Part shown: in pieces, positions 18,053 to 28,100 of the stretch
Layout: each line of letters starts with the position of its first letter
Numbering within the stretch: position 1 is the first letter of the stretch
Assembly (NCBI GenBank): GCA_963741945.1
Contig: CAVUKA010000001.1
Location: forward strand, 898,560 to 962,559
Reading direction: 5' to 3'
From: an uncultured Gemmatimonadales bacterium
GTDB lineage: Bacteria > Gemmatimonadota > Gemmatimonadetes > Longimicrobiales > RSA9
Length of the DNA: 64,000 bases
The notes under the pieces: generated by a model
Seen by the model: only the letters and a program-made list of their open reading frames with translations
Databases searched by the model: none
What the model was told of the DNA's origin: nothing
Program-made: the position numbers and the translations under genes

Positions 18053-18400
18053 TCAGCGCTGCTGCTTCTCCCGGATCCTCGCCGCCTTCCCGCGGCGAGC
18101 GCGCAGGTAGTAGAGTTTGGCCCGCCGAACGCGGCCGCGCCGCACCACCTTGATCGAGTCCAGCATCGGGGAGTGGAGCGGGAATACGCGCTCGACCCCG
18201 ATTCCGGCGCTCACTTTCCGGACGGTGAACGTCTCGTTCACACCGCCACCCTGCCGGCCAATGCACACGCCCTCGAACGCCTGCACGCGCTCTTTCTCAC
18301 CCTCGCGTACGCGCACGTTCACCCGGACTGTGTCTCCGGGCGCGAAATCAGGGAGCCCGTCCTGCAGCTGCTCCTGCTCGATCTGCCTCATTATGTCCAT
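18053..18400 (-). CDS. rplS: 50S ribosomal protein L19
   Basis: 115 aa. [29 protein letters not shown] and RRAKLYYLR are typical of L19. Confidence 0.95.
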   Translation of the reverse strand: MDIMRQIEQEQLQDGLPDFAPGDTVRVNVRVREGEKERVQAFEGVCIGRQGGGVNETFTVRKVSAGIGVERVFPLHSPMLDSIKVVRRGRVRRAKLYYLRARRGKAARIREKQQR

Positions 18401-18404
18401 ATCG

Positions 18405-19109
18405 CTAGCCTCGCTCCCGTGACTCCCATAGATCCGGCCGACGCTCCCGCGTCAGCTCCTCCGCCCGCTCGCGCCGCCACGCCTCGATACGGGCGTGGTC
18501 CCCCGACAGCAGCACTTCAGGGACCGTCAGGCCCCGATACTCCGCCGGCCTCGTGTACGACGGCGGACTCAGCATCTCATCGTCGTAAAAGCTGTCCGAC
18601 GCCGCTGACTCGTGCGTTCCCAGCGCGCCCGGCAGCAACCGGACCACTGCGTCCGTCACCGCCAGCGCCGCCACTTCACCGCCACTGACGACGAAATCGC
18701 CCAGCGACAACTCCTCCGTCGCCAGGCTTTCCGCGACCCGGTGGTCCACGTCCTTGTAGTGACCACACAGTAGCGTCAGCTCGCGCTGGACCGCCAGCCT
18801 GACGGCATGCCGGTGTCCGAACCGGCGCCCACGGGCGCTCAGCAGCACGATCGGGCCGTCCGGCCTCCCGGTGCCACCGCCGCCGCCCAGTGACTCCACC
18901 GCCTCGAAGAACGGCTCGGGCTTCATCACCATCCCCGTGCCGCCACCGTACGGCGTGTCGTCCACCGTCCGGTGCCGGTCATGCGTGAAGTCGCGCAGGT
19001 CCACCACGCGGTACTCCACCAGCCCCGCTGCCGCGGCGCGCCCGGGGATGCTCAGCGCGAGCGGCTCACGGAAGAAGTCTGGAAAGATGGTCACAATGTT
19101 GATGCGCAT
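18405..19109 (-). CDS. trmD: tRNA (guanine37-N1)-methyltransferase
   Basis: Start trimmed to ATG 19109 ([13 protein letters not shown]) with GGAGG upstream. [17 protein letters not shown] motif. Confidence 0.9.
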   Translation of the reverse strand: MRINIVTIFPDFFREPLALSIPGRAAAAGLVEYRVVDLRDFTHDRHRTVDDTPYGGGTGMVMKPEPFFEAVESLGGGGGTGRPDGPIVLLSARGRRFGHRHAVRLAVQRELTLLCGHYKDVDHRVAESLATEELSLGDFVVSGGEVAALAVTDAVVRLLPGALGTHESAASDSFYDDEMLSPPSYTRPAEYRGLTVPEVLLSGDHARIEAWRRERAEELTRERRPDLWESRERG

Positions 19110-19189
19110 CCACCCCTCCTTCCGGATGGGCGGCAAGCCCCGCTGCCGTCCCATCGCCACGACCTCTCCTCGCCCGCCGATCAACGCCC

Positions 19190-19726
19190 TCAGAGGTCCA
19201 GCAGACCCTCCGGCGGATCGATCACCACGCGCCCACCCTCCAGGTCCACTTCCTTCACGACCCGGCTCGCGAACGGCACCAGGTGCACCCGGCCCGCCCC
19301 CTTCACTTCCAGCAGGTGGTGCGGCTCCGTCTCGAATACTTCCCGCACCCGACCCACTTCCTCACCATCCACCGTCTCGACGCGGAGGCCGAGGAGCTGG
19401 TGGTAGAAGACCTCCCCCTCCTCCAGCCCGGCCACTTCCTCCGCCGGAACCAGCAGGTAGCGCCCGGCGATGGCTTCCGCCGCATTCCGGTCCGCCACCC
19501 CTTCAAGCATCACCAGCACGCCGCCCTTGTATGGCCGACTGGCCTCTACTTCCAGCGCGTCCGGCGCCGCCCCGAGTCCACCCTCCCTGTCTCCCAGCAG
19601 CACCCGCGCACCCGGTGCGAACACCTCGGCCGGCCGGTCCGTGAGCAGCCAGATCTGGACTTCGCCCCGCGTGCCGTGAGCTTTGCTCACATGGCCGACG
19701 ACCAGGTACTTCGGATCGTCGCCCAC
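19190..19726 (-). CDS. rimM: 16S rRNA processing protein RimM
   Basis: VVGHVSKAHGTRGEVQIWLLTDRP N-terminal motif. Synteny rpsP-rimM-trmD. Confidence 0.85.
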   Translation of the reverse strand: MGDDPKYLVVGHVSKAHGTRGEVQIWLLTDRPAEVFAPGARVLLGDREGGLGAAPDALEVEASRPYKGGVLVMLEGVADRNAAEAIAGRYLLVPAEEVAGLEEGEVFYHQLLGLRVETVDGEEVGRVREVFETEPHHLLEVKGAGRVHLVPFASRVVKEVDLEGGRVVIDPPEGLLDL

Positions 19727-19732
19727 CGCGCG

Positions 19733-20416
19733 CTACTTCTCCTCGGTCTCGGTCTCGGTCTCGGGCTCGGCCTCGGTCGATGCCTCGGCCTCAGGCTCAG
19801 CTTCGGTCCCGGCCGCGGCTTCAGCTTCGGCCGAGGACTCGGTCGACGCCTCCTGCTCGGCCACGGGGGCTTCCGCGGCGGCTTCCACCTCCGGCAGCGC
19901 CTGCTCCGCGGTCGCGGCTTCCGCCACCTTGGGCGCCTCGGCCTCTACGGCGGCTTTCGTCTCGCCACCCGCCGTGGTCTCCGCCGGCTCCGCCTCGTCG
20001 GCTTCCGGCGCGGCCGCTTCCAACGGGTCCGTGGCGCCGCCCTTCGGAGCCGCTTCCGGAGCCGCTTCCGTCTCGTCGGTCACGGCCTTCGAGGTCGGAC
20101 GCCGCTCGGGCTTGGTCGCTGTCTTCAGCACCGGCGCGGCTTCGCCGGGGACGACGAAGCGCACATCCGAATCGCCGCCCTTCCGGGCCTTCCGCACCAG
20201 CGACGCGGCGCTGTCCGTGATCTCCGCACCCTTGCCCAGCCACTCGTCCACCTTCCCCAGATCCACGCGGAGAAGCGCGGGGCGTGTGCGCGGGTTGTAG
20301 AACCCGACTTCTTCCAGATAGACGCCGTCTCGCGGCGTGCTGCTCTCCGCCACCACCATCCGGTAGTACGGCTGCTTCTTCCGGCCTACACGCCGGAGTC
20401 GGATCCTCACGGACAT
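19733..20416 (-). CDS. rpsP: 30S ribosomal protein S16 with about 140-aa acidic Ala/Glu/Pro/Thr-rich C-terminal extension
   Basis: Start ATG 20416 (MSVRIRLRRVGRKKQPYYRMVVA). The S16 core is about 85 aa, followed by a low-complexity tail ending EAEPETETETEEK. Confidence 0.9.
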   Translation of the reverse strand: MSVRIRLRRVGRKKQPYYRMVVAESSTPRDGVYLEEVGFYNPRTRPALLRVDLGKVDEWLGKGAEITDSAASLVRKARKGGDSDVRFVVPGEAAPVLKTATKPERRPTSKAVTDETEAAPEAAPKGGATDPLEAAAPEADEAEPAETTAGGETKAAVEAEAPKVAEAATAEQALPEVEAAAEAPVAEQEASTESSAEAEAAAGTEAEPEAEASTEAEPETETETEEK

Positions 20417-20568
20417 TTGTACCTCGGTCTTCGGTCTGTTCCGGTTACCCGGGCCGGTCACCATTGCGGCCCATTCCTCCTCGCCGGGCTGAGCCCGGTA
20501 CTTCGCCGTCCTGTCGGAAGTCGATTCCGAACTCGAACCCGAATTCGCGACTCCGCTTCGGCTCGCTG

Positions 20569-21933
20569 CTAGCCCAGTCCCAGCCCTCCGCCCATCCCCA
20601 TCTTCCCGAGCGCGCCGCCACCCATCATTCCGCCCAGTCCCATCTTCCGCATCTGCTTCATCATCTTCTGCATCTGCTGGAACTGCTTCATGAGCTGGTT
20701 GATCTCCTGCACCTTCGTCCCCGATCCCTTCGCGATCCGCAGCCGCCGCGACCCGTTCAGGATCTGCGGCTTCGCACGCTCCTGTGGCGTCATCGAAAGG
20801 ATGATCGCCTCGACGTGCTTCAGCTTCCGCGGGTCCACCTTGGCGTTCTTCAGCATCTTCTTGTTCACGCCCGGCAGCATTCCCAGCAGCCCTTCCAGCG
20901 GGCCGAGCTTCTGCATCTGCCGAAGTGCGCCGAGGAAGTCCTCGAGGTCGAACTTCCCCTCCTCCGCCACCCGCTTCTGCAGCCGCTCGGCTTCCTCCAT
21001 GTCGAACGACTGCTGCGCTCGCTCCACCAGCCCCACCACATCCCCGCGCTGGAGGATCCGGTCCGCCATGCGCGACGGATCGAACACGTCCAGCGCGTCC
21101 ATCCGCTCGCCGATCCCCACGAACTTGATGGGCACGCCCGTCAGTCCCTTGATGGACAGTGCGGCGCCACCTCGCGCATCACCGTCCATCTTCGTCAGGA
21201 CCACACCCGTCAGTCCCAGCGCGCCGTCGAAGCCCTCCGCGATCTTCACCGCTTCCTGCCCCGTCATGGCGTCCGCCACCAGCAGCACTTCCGCCGGCCC
21301 CACGGCCGCCTTCACGCGCTGAAGCTCCTCCATCAGCGCTTCATCGATCTGCAGCCGGCCCGCCGAATCCAGGATCAGCGCCCGGATCCGCTCCGATTTC
21401 GCCCGCTCCAGCGCCCGCGAAGCCAGCGCCGCGACGTCCGTCTCCGCCCGGTCCGCGAACACCGGCACGTCCACCTGCTCGCCCAGCGTCTCCAGCTGGT
21501 CGATCGCCGCCGGACGGTACACGTCCAGCGCGGCCAGCATCGGCTTCTTCCCTTCTCGCTTCAGGCGACGCGCCAGCTTCGCCGCGGTCGTCGTCTTCCC
21601 CGAGCCCTGCAGCCCCACCAGGAGGATCACCGTGGGCGGAACCGGCGCCACCTCCAGCCCTACCCGCTCGTGCCCGAGCAGCTCCACGAGCTCGTCGTGC
21701 ACGATCTTCACCACCTGCTCGCCCGGCTTCACCGACTTCAGCACCTGCTCGCCCACCGCCCGCTCCCGGACCCTGTCCAGGAACCCGCGCGCGAGCTGGT
21801 AGTTCACGTCCGCCTCCAGCAGCGCGCGACGGATCTCCCGGAGCCCTTCGTCGATCATGGACTCCGTGAGCAGTCCGCGCTGGCGGAACCGACCCAGTAC
21901 GCCGTCTAGCCGTTCAGATAGCTCGTCGAACAT
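20569..21933 (-). CDS. ffh: signal recognition particle protein Ffh
   Basis: NG domain (GLQGSGKTTTAAKLA, DTAGR-like DSAGRL) and a Met-rich M domain (MKQFQQMQKMMKQMRKMG). Confidence 0.95.
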   Translation of the reverse strand: MFDELSERLDGVLGRFRQRGLLTESMIDEGLREIRRALLEADVNYQLARGFLDRVRERAVGEQVLKSVKPGEQVVKIVHDELVELLGHERVGLEVAPVPPTVILLVGLQGSGKTTTAAKLARRLKREGKKPMLAALDVYRPAAIDQLETLGEQVDVPVFADRAETDVAALASRALERAKSERIRALILDSAGRLQIDEALMEELQRVKAAVGPAEVLLVADAMTGQEAVKIAEGFDGALGLTGVVLTKMDGDARGGAALSIKGLTGVPIKFVGIGERMDALDVFDPSRMADRILQRGDVVGLVERAQQSFDMEEAERLQKRVAEEGKFDLEDFLGALRQMQKLGPLEGLLGMLPGVNKKMLKNAKVDPRKLKHVEAIILSMTPQERAKPQILNGSRRLRIAKGSGTKVQEINQLMKQFQQMQKMMKQMRKMGLGGMMGGGALGKMGMGGGLGLG

Positions 21934-22066
21934 CCCGAGCGCCCATGTGCGAGAATAACCGATGGGCAGACAATTCGCGCCCGTCCCCCGGTGGCCAAAG
22001 AGCCTATAAAGGTAGGCCGTCCGCCCCGCTAGCTCAAGCCCCCTGCCCTCCCGCTGTCAACGACGG

Positions 22067-22107
22067 ATAGAAACGTCCCCTGGGTTCAACGCATAGAAAT
22101 GTCCCCT
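22067..22107. repeat. 15-bp direct repeat (1 mismatch), 26-bp period, in the ffh / NRPS-operon divergent intergenic region
   Basis: ATAGAAACGTCCCCT (22067-22081) and ATAGAAATGTCCCCT (22093-22107). Confidence 0.75.
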
Positions 22108-22432
22108 CTGGTGGTTCTCATCTCTCCTCCCTGGGCCGGGGGTGAGGGTGCGGACAGGCCGCTACGCACGCGCTCGCATCTTCGACCATGTTCATGATGC
22201 AGCTGTGCTTCCAGGTCCGGACGAGGAGGGGTGCCACCATCTCGGGTGAAGACGTGACACGAAGCACACGAAGGGTCGAAGGGGCGCCAACGGTCGACGT
22301 GGGTGTCGACGAGTGGGCAGGCACGCATTATTCTAAAACGAGTTGGAAGTCCTCGTTTTCCAGCGCGCCCGAGGCCTGTCGGACCCGGATCGGCGCTGGA
22401 GTCCCGTGCGCGCCATCTACCTACATGACCCA

Positions 22433-24280
22433 ATGACTCCAGTCGACAATGGCGTGGAGAGCTCCGCTCTCGCGGCAGGAACCACCCTGCCGTCCATGCT
22501 CGCGATGCAAGCGCAACATGCGCCCACGGCTCCGGCAATCCTGGCGCCGCAACGCACGCCCGTATCATACCAGACGCTGCAGCGACGAGTGGGCGAGCTG
22601 GCTGCCGATCTCACGGACAGGGGCATCGGCCGCGGTGACGCCGTGGCCCTGGTCCTGCCGAATGGCCCGGAGTCGGCCCGTCTCTTTCTGGCGGCGGCTT
22701 CGGTCGGTGCGGCCGCGCCTCTGAACCCGGCGTATCAGGCGCCCGAGCTCGAGTTCTTTCTCGGTGATCTCGCGGCCCGGCTCCTGGTGATCGACGCCGA
22801 TCTGGACTCGCCGGCGCGCGACGTTGCGCGGGGACTGGGGATACCGGTGGTGGAGGCGGTGCGGGAGACGGAAGAGATGGAGGCGGGACTCGTGCGATTC
22901 GGCGGCGACGGAGCAGCAACCACGAGAGCAGCCGCCGACGGGCCCGGCGCCCACGATATCGCCCTTGTACTGCATACCTCCGGTACGACGTCGCGGCCGA
23001 AGCAGGTTCCACTCTCCCACGGCAATCTGATGGCTTCGGCCGCCCACATCGGCAGTGCCCTCCGCCTCAGCCAGGCGGACCGCTGCCTCAATGTGATGCC
23101 GCTCTTCCACATTCATGGGCTCGTCGCGGCCGCTCTCTCGTCGCTACGGGCGGGCGGCAGCGTGGTCTGCACGCCGGGATTCCATGCGCCCGACTTCTTC
23201 GCCTGGATGGAGGAAACAGAGCCAACGTGGTACACGGCGGTGCCGACCATGCACCAGGCGATCCTCGCACGGGCGCAGGCGAACCGGGCCGTGATCGATC
23301 GGGCCCGACTCCGGTTCGTACGGTCGTCCTCCTCCGCCCTCCCTCGCAGCACGCTGGCGGAGCTCGAGACCGTGTTCGCCGTGCCGGTGGTGGAGGCGTA
23401 CGGGATGACCGAAGCCGCGCACCAGATCGCGAGCAACCCGCTGCCGCCTGGAACGCGGAAGCCGGGGTCCGTCGGTCCTGCCGCAGGACCGGCCGTGGCG
23501 ATCCTCGGGCCGGCGGGAGAGCGCTTGGGCGCCGATCAAACCGGCGAGGTGGCGATCCGGGGCCCGAACGTGACCGCCGGGTACGCCCATAACCCGGAGG
23601 CGAACCGAACCGCCTTCGAACACGGCTGGTTCCGGACGGGTGATCAGGGATACCTGGACCGCGACGGATTCGTCTTCCTGACTGGCCGCCTGAAAGAGAT
23701 CATCAATCGGGGAGGCGAGAAGATCGCGCCCGTGGAAGTGGATGAGGCATTGATGGGACACCCAGGGGTGCAGCAAGCGCTGGCGTTCGCCGTCCGTCAC
23801 CCCCAGCTGGGTGAAGACGTCGCGGCGGCGGTGGTGCTCCGTGCGGGCGCGCACGTCGCGGAGCGGGAGCTGCGGGAGTTCGTAGCGACGCGCGTCGCGT
23901 ACTTCAAGGTCCCTCGCCGCGTGCTCTTCCTGAAGGAAATCCCGAAAGGCCCCACCGGCAAGCTCCAGCGGATTGGTCTGGCGGATCGATTGGGAATCCC
24001 GGCGTTCGATGCCGTACCCGTTGACGCGCCCCCTGTGGCGCCCCGGACGCCCGTGGAGGAGATCCTGGCGGCACTCTGGGGGCAGATTCTGCGATGCGAC
24101 CCGCCGGGGGTCTACGACAACTTCTTCGCGGCCGGCGGCGATTCGGTCACGGCTACGCAGCTCGTGGCGCGGGTCCGGGACTCGCTCCGGGTTGAGTTGC
24201 CGCTCCTGTCGTTTTTCGATGCACCCACGGTGGCCGACACCGCCGCGGAGATCGAGCGTCTCCTGGCTGCTGAGTCATGA
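22433..24280 (+). CDS. adenylate-forming enzyme (oxalate-CoA-ligase/AAE3/Pcs60-like) fused to a C-terminal carrier-protein domain
   Basis: LHTSGTTSRPK, MPLFHIHGL, EAYGMTEA, GWFRTGD, INRGGEKI and KLQR adenylation motifs. C-terminal FFAAGGDSVTATQL has the phosphopantetheine Ser codon at 24143-24145. The track start is TTG 22343; ATG 22433 is preferred. Start is uncertain. Confidence 0.85.
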   Translation: MTPVDNGVESSALAAGTTLPSMLAMQAQHAPTAPAILAPQRTPVSYQTLQRRVGELAADLTDRGIGRGDAVALVLPNGPESARLFLAAASVGAAAPLNPAYQAPELEFFLGDLAARLLVIDADLDSPARDVARGLGIPVVEAVRETEEMEAGLVRFGGDGAATTRAAADGPGAHDIALVLHTSGTTSRPKQVPLSHGNLMASAAHIGSALRLSQADRCLNVMPLFHIHGLVAAALSSLRAGGSVVCTPGFHAPDFFAWMEETEPTWYTAVPTMHQAILARAQANRAVIDRARLRFVRSSSSALPRSTLAELETVFAVPVVEAYGMTEAAHQIASNPLPPGTRKPGSVGPAAGPAVAILGPAGERLGADQTGEVAIRGPNVTAGYAHNPEANRTAFEHGWFRTGDQGYLDRDGFVFLTGRLKEIINRGGEKIAPVEVDEALMGHPGVQQALAFAVRHPQLGEDVAAAVVLRAGAHVAERELREFVATRVAYFKVPRRVLFLKEIPKGPTGKLQRIGLADRLGIPAFDAVPVDAPPVAPRTPVEEILAALWGQILRCDPPGVYDNFFAAGGDSVTATQLVARVRDSLRVELPLLSFFDAPTVADTAAEIERLLAAES

Positions 24281-25152
24281 GTCCCGGCAAGGAGTTGCGG
24301 AACCGACTGGAGGGGCGCGCGACGCTCCCCTTCATAGGCGTCTACGACGTCTTCTCGGCGTCGCTCGCCGGGCGCCATTTCGATGCCCTCTTCCTCAGCG
24401 GATTCGGCTTCGCCGCCAGCCACTACGGGCTACCGGACGTGGGGTTCGTGGCATGGCCTGACATGGTTTCACTGGTCCAGCGGATCCGCGCGATCCTGCC
24501 CCGGCACCACCTTCTGGTGGACATCGACGACGGCTACGGGGATCCCGTGGTGGCCGCACGCGTCGCTGCGACCCTCGAACAGGCGGGCGCGTCCGGTGTG
24601 GTCCTGGAAGACCAGCGCCGCCCCCGCCGGTGCGGTCATCTCGGCGGCAAGCAGCTCCTCGAGCTGGATGAGTACCGGCCCAAGCTGGAGCGGGTGCTGC
24701 AGGCCCGCTCCGACCTCTTCATCGTGGCCAGGACCGATGCGAGTGACCCACCGGAAGCGCTTCGGCGGGTGCGGGCATTCGCCGAAGCCGGCGCGGATGC
24801 GGTCCTGGTGGATGGGGTGGACCTCGACGTGGTCCGGACTCTCCGCGGAAAGGTGGACCGTCCTTGGGCATTCAATCAGATCGCCGGGGGCAAAGCCGAG
24901 CCGCGATCGCTTCAGGAGCTGAGTTCGGCAGGAATACAAATGGCCATCTACAGCACGCCTTGCCTGTTCGCCGCGCAGCACGCCATCGACCAGGCGTTGA
25001 CACAGCTCATGGCCGATGGCGGACGTCTCCCCGAAGTCGGCCCCGGCCGCCCCGGATTGGCTGACTGCAACGCCGTCCTCCAGGAAAACCTTGGCGGCGT
25101 GATGCACCCGGAAGCCGCGACGACTGCGGATTCCGGTCTACGGCCCCGCTGA
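24277..25152 (+). CDS. isocitrate lyase / PEP mutase superfamily enzyme, lyase-type active-site loop
   Basis: DIDDGYG and LEDQRRPRRCGHLGGK (the K/R-x-CGH gating loop of ICL, methylisocitrate lyase and oxaloacetate acetylhydrolase-type members). ATGA overlap with the upstream gene at 24277-24280. Confidence 0.85.
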   Translation: MSPGKELRNRLEGRATLPFIGVYDVFSASLAGRHFDALFLSGFGFAASHYGLPDVGFVAWPDMVSLVQRIRAILPRHHLLVDIDDGYGDPVVAARVAATLEQAGASGVVLEDQRRPRRCGHLGGKQLLELDEYRPKLERVLQARSDLFIVARTDASDPPEALRRVRAFAEAGADAVLVDGVDLDVVRTLRGKVDRPWAFNQIAGGKAEPRSLQELSSAGIQMAIYSTPCLFAAQHAIDQALTQLMADGGRLPEVGPGRPGLADCNAVLQENLGGVMHPEAATTADSGLRPR

Positions 25153-28100
25153 TGCCCATGGCCACTCCTCCGCCGGAAAGCCTGTCCCACCTTTCACCCG
25201 CGGCCCGCGATCTACTCGCCCGCCGTTCCCGCGCGGACGAATCGTCCTCAGCGGGCAGCGAGCCACTCAGGCATCGGCCGGGGGCCACCGAAGCTCCGCT
25301 CTCCTTCGGACAACAGCAGGTCTGGTTCTTTGAGCAGCTCGAGCCAGGCAGCGCGGTCTATCACCTGCCGAAGGAAGTGCGACTGCGCGGCCCTCTGGAC
25401 GTCCCGGCGCTCGAGCGGGCGCTCGGCGAGGTTGTCCGCCGACACGAGATCTTGCGCACGCGCTACGGCACGCTGGCCGATGGCGCGATCCGCCAGCTCG
25501 TCCTCCCGGCGGCCGGACGAGTGGAATTGCCGTGCGTCGATGTGACCGCGTCGGCAACGCAAACGGACGAGCCGTCGGACGGCACCCTGGCGCAACCCGA
25601 AGCGCTGGCCAGGGGCGAAGGCTCGCCGTGGCGGCGACAGGTCGGCCTCGATGCGCTGCGGCCCTTCGATCTTGCGGCCGGAGAAGTCTTGCGGGCAAAG
25701 CTGTATCGCTTCGGGTCCGAGGACCACCTGCTTCACCTGGTCTTCCACCACATTGCGTTCGACGGCTGGTCGATGGGAGTGTTCCTGCGCGATCTCGCCA
25801 GCGCCTACGGGGGCGCGCTGCGAGGGGATGCGACGTTGCCGCCTCTCCCGATCCAGTACGGCGACCATGCAGCCTGGGAAGTGAGTCGGCTGGAATCGGG
25901 CAGGTTCGATGACGTCATCGACTACTGGCGACGGCGCCTTCGCGGCGCTCCGCCGGAGTCGACCTTCCCTGCATCCCGTCCGCGGCAGGTGGACCGGACG
26001 TATGCGGCGGCACAGGAGCATCGCCGGCTCCCAGACCACCTGAAGAGCGCTCTCCATGACATGGCCCGTCGACAGAACGCCACCGAGTCCGCCGTGCTCC
26101 TGGCCGCGTTCCAGGTCCTCCTGGCCCGCCACTCCGGGGCGCGGGACGTCGTCGTGGGCGTGCCCGTCGCCGGCCGCACCCGCAGTGAGCAGGAGGACCT
26201 CGTAGGCTATTTCGTCAACATGTTGCCCGCTCGGTTGGACCTTGCCGACGACCCTTCGTTTCGTCAGGTGGTCGACCGGGTCCGGACCGGGCTCCTCGAG
26301 GGCTTCGACCATCAGACCGTGCCGTTCGACCGCATAATCTCCGACCTGCGCGTACATCGCGATGCCGGGATCACGCCGCTCTTCCAGGTGGCGTTCAACG
26401 ACCGGATTCTCCCGAACCAGGGAGCAGAGTTCGAAGGCCTGGACGTGGAGATGCGCGCTGGCTTCCACGCCCGGCACCTGCTTGATCTCAGCCTGGAGGT
26501 CGGGCACGTGGCCGGGACAATCGAGTGCGATCTGACGTACAGCCTGGAGCTGTTCGATCCGGGGTACGCCCGTACCCTCCTCCCTCAGCTCGAAACGGTT
26601 CTCCAGGCAATGATCGCCGACCCTGACGCCGCCATTACAGCGGCTCCCCTTCTTCGGCCGGCGGAGCGCTCACGCATCATCGAAGCGGGCCGGGGTCCCC
26701 GACGTCCAGTTCCTCCTTCGACCCTGATCCACGAGCTGGTGCAGGAGCAGGCCGCTCGGGACCCGGAAGCCAGCGCCATCATCGGTGACGAGGAAACGCT
26801 CACGTACGGAGAGATGAGGCGGCGGGCTGCAAGCCTCGCTGCGCGCCTGCGTAACGCGGGAATCGCCCCGGAGACGCGCGTCGGGGTCTTCGTCGACCGG
26901 TCTCCCGGACAGATCGTCGCCCTCCTCGGGGTCCTCGAGGCGGGCGGCGCCTACGTCCCCCTCGACCCATCCTATCCGCGGGAACGCCTGGCCTTCATTG
27001 CCCATGACTCGGGGATGGAGGCGATCGTCACGACGCGGCGGCTTCGCTCGCGCGTCCCCCTCGATTCGATCCCCGCCCTCTGTCTGGATGACCCGTCCAC
27101 GCCCGACGGCTCCGACGCGGCACCTGCCAGCGTCATCAGGAACGTGCCGTCGGACCCGCTGGCGTACATGATATACACATCCGGCTCCACGGGGACGCCG
27201 AAGGGAGTGGAAGTTACGCACGCCTCGGTGGCGAACCTCGCTGCGGCGGAGCGTGACCTGCTCCGCGTCGCGCCGGCCGATCGCGTGCTGCAGTTCTCGA
27301 CAATCAATTTCGACGTGTCCGTGGCCGAGATCTTCACATCCCTCACGGCCGGTGCGGCCGTGGTGGTGTGCACTCCCTCGATGCTCACATCCGTCCCGCA
27401 GTTCGTGCGCGCGTGCGAGGCGAAGGGTGTGACGCTGCTCTCCATGAGCACCGCCCTCTGGCACGAACTCGTGGTGTCTCTGGCCGAAGGCGATGTCGAG
27501 ATGCCGCCCGCCGTGAGAACCGTGATGATCGGGGGTGAAGCCGCGCGCCCGGACCGCCTTGAACTGTGGCGACGCCACGGCTCGGGCATACCCCTCATCA
27601 ACGGCTATGGACCTACCGAGACCACGGTCTTCGCAACTGCCCAGGACCTGACTCACCCGGTGGCCGGGGAGGACGCCGTTGTTCCGATCGGGCGCCCGCT
27701 GCACAACGTGGATGTACACGTCCTTGACGAGCGGATGGCTGTAGTGCCGGCCGGCGTTCCCGGAGAGCTGTACATCGGTGGCCTGTGCGTCGGCCGGGGT
27801 TACCATGATCGCCCGGAGTTGACCGCGGAGCGGTTCCTTCCGGATCCGTTCTCCGCACGACCGGGGGGACGCCTGTACAGGACGGGAGACATCGTGCGGC
27901 GACGCGAGGATGGCGCCCTGGACTTTCTCGGCCGTCGAGACAACCAGGTCAAGATCCGCGGGTTCCGCATTGAGGCCGGTGAGATCGAGGTGGCAATGGC
28001 TGCGCATCCCTCCGTGCGCACCGCCGTTGTCGTGCCGCGGCCCGATGGCGTGGGTGATCTCCGGCTCGTGGCCTACGTGGTGCCGGCCAGTGGCGTGTTC

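Noticed and set aside
19733-20160. Quasi-repetitive DNA (ctcggtctcggtctcggtctcgggctcggcctcgg...) as a tandem repeat or CRISPR-like array
   Set aside because: It lies in frame inside rpsP and encodes the Glu/Thr/Ala/Pro tail. There is no repeat-spacer structure.
22086-22568. Small ORFs in the ffh/NRPS intergenic region (160 aa minus, 82 aa plus, 68 aa minus)
   Set aside because: They overlap one another, have poor composition, lack SD sequences, and sit in what looks like a regulatory region. I also checked by eye for an SRP-RNA-like GGAAGCAGCC core and found none.
24277-25152. PEP mutase, hence a phosphonate natural product
   Set aside because: The active-site loop contains the RRCGH Cys characteristic of the lyase members, not the mutase-type loop. 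No other phosphonate genes are adjacent.
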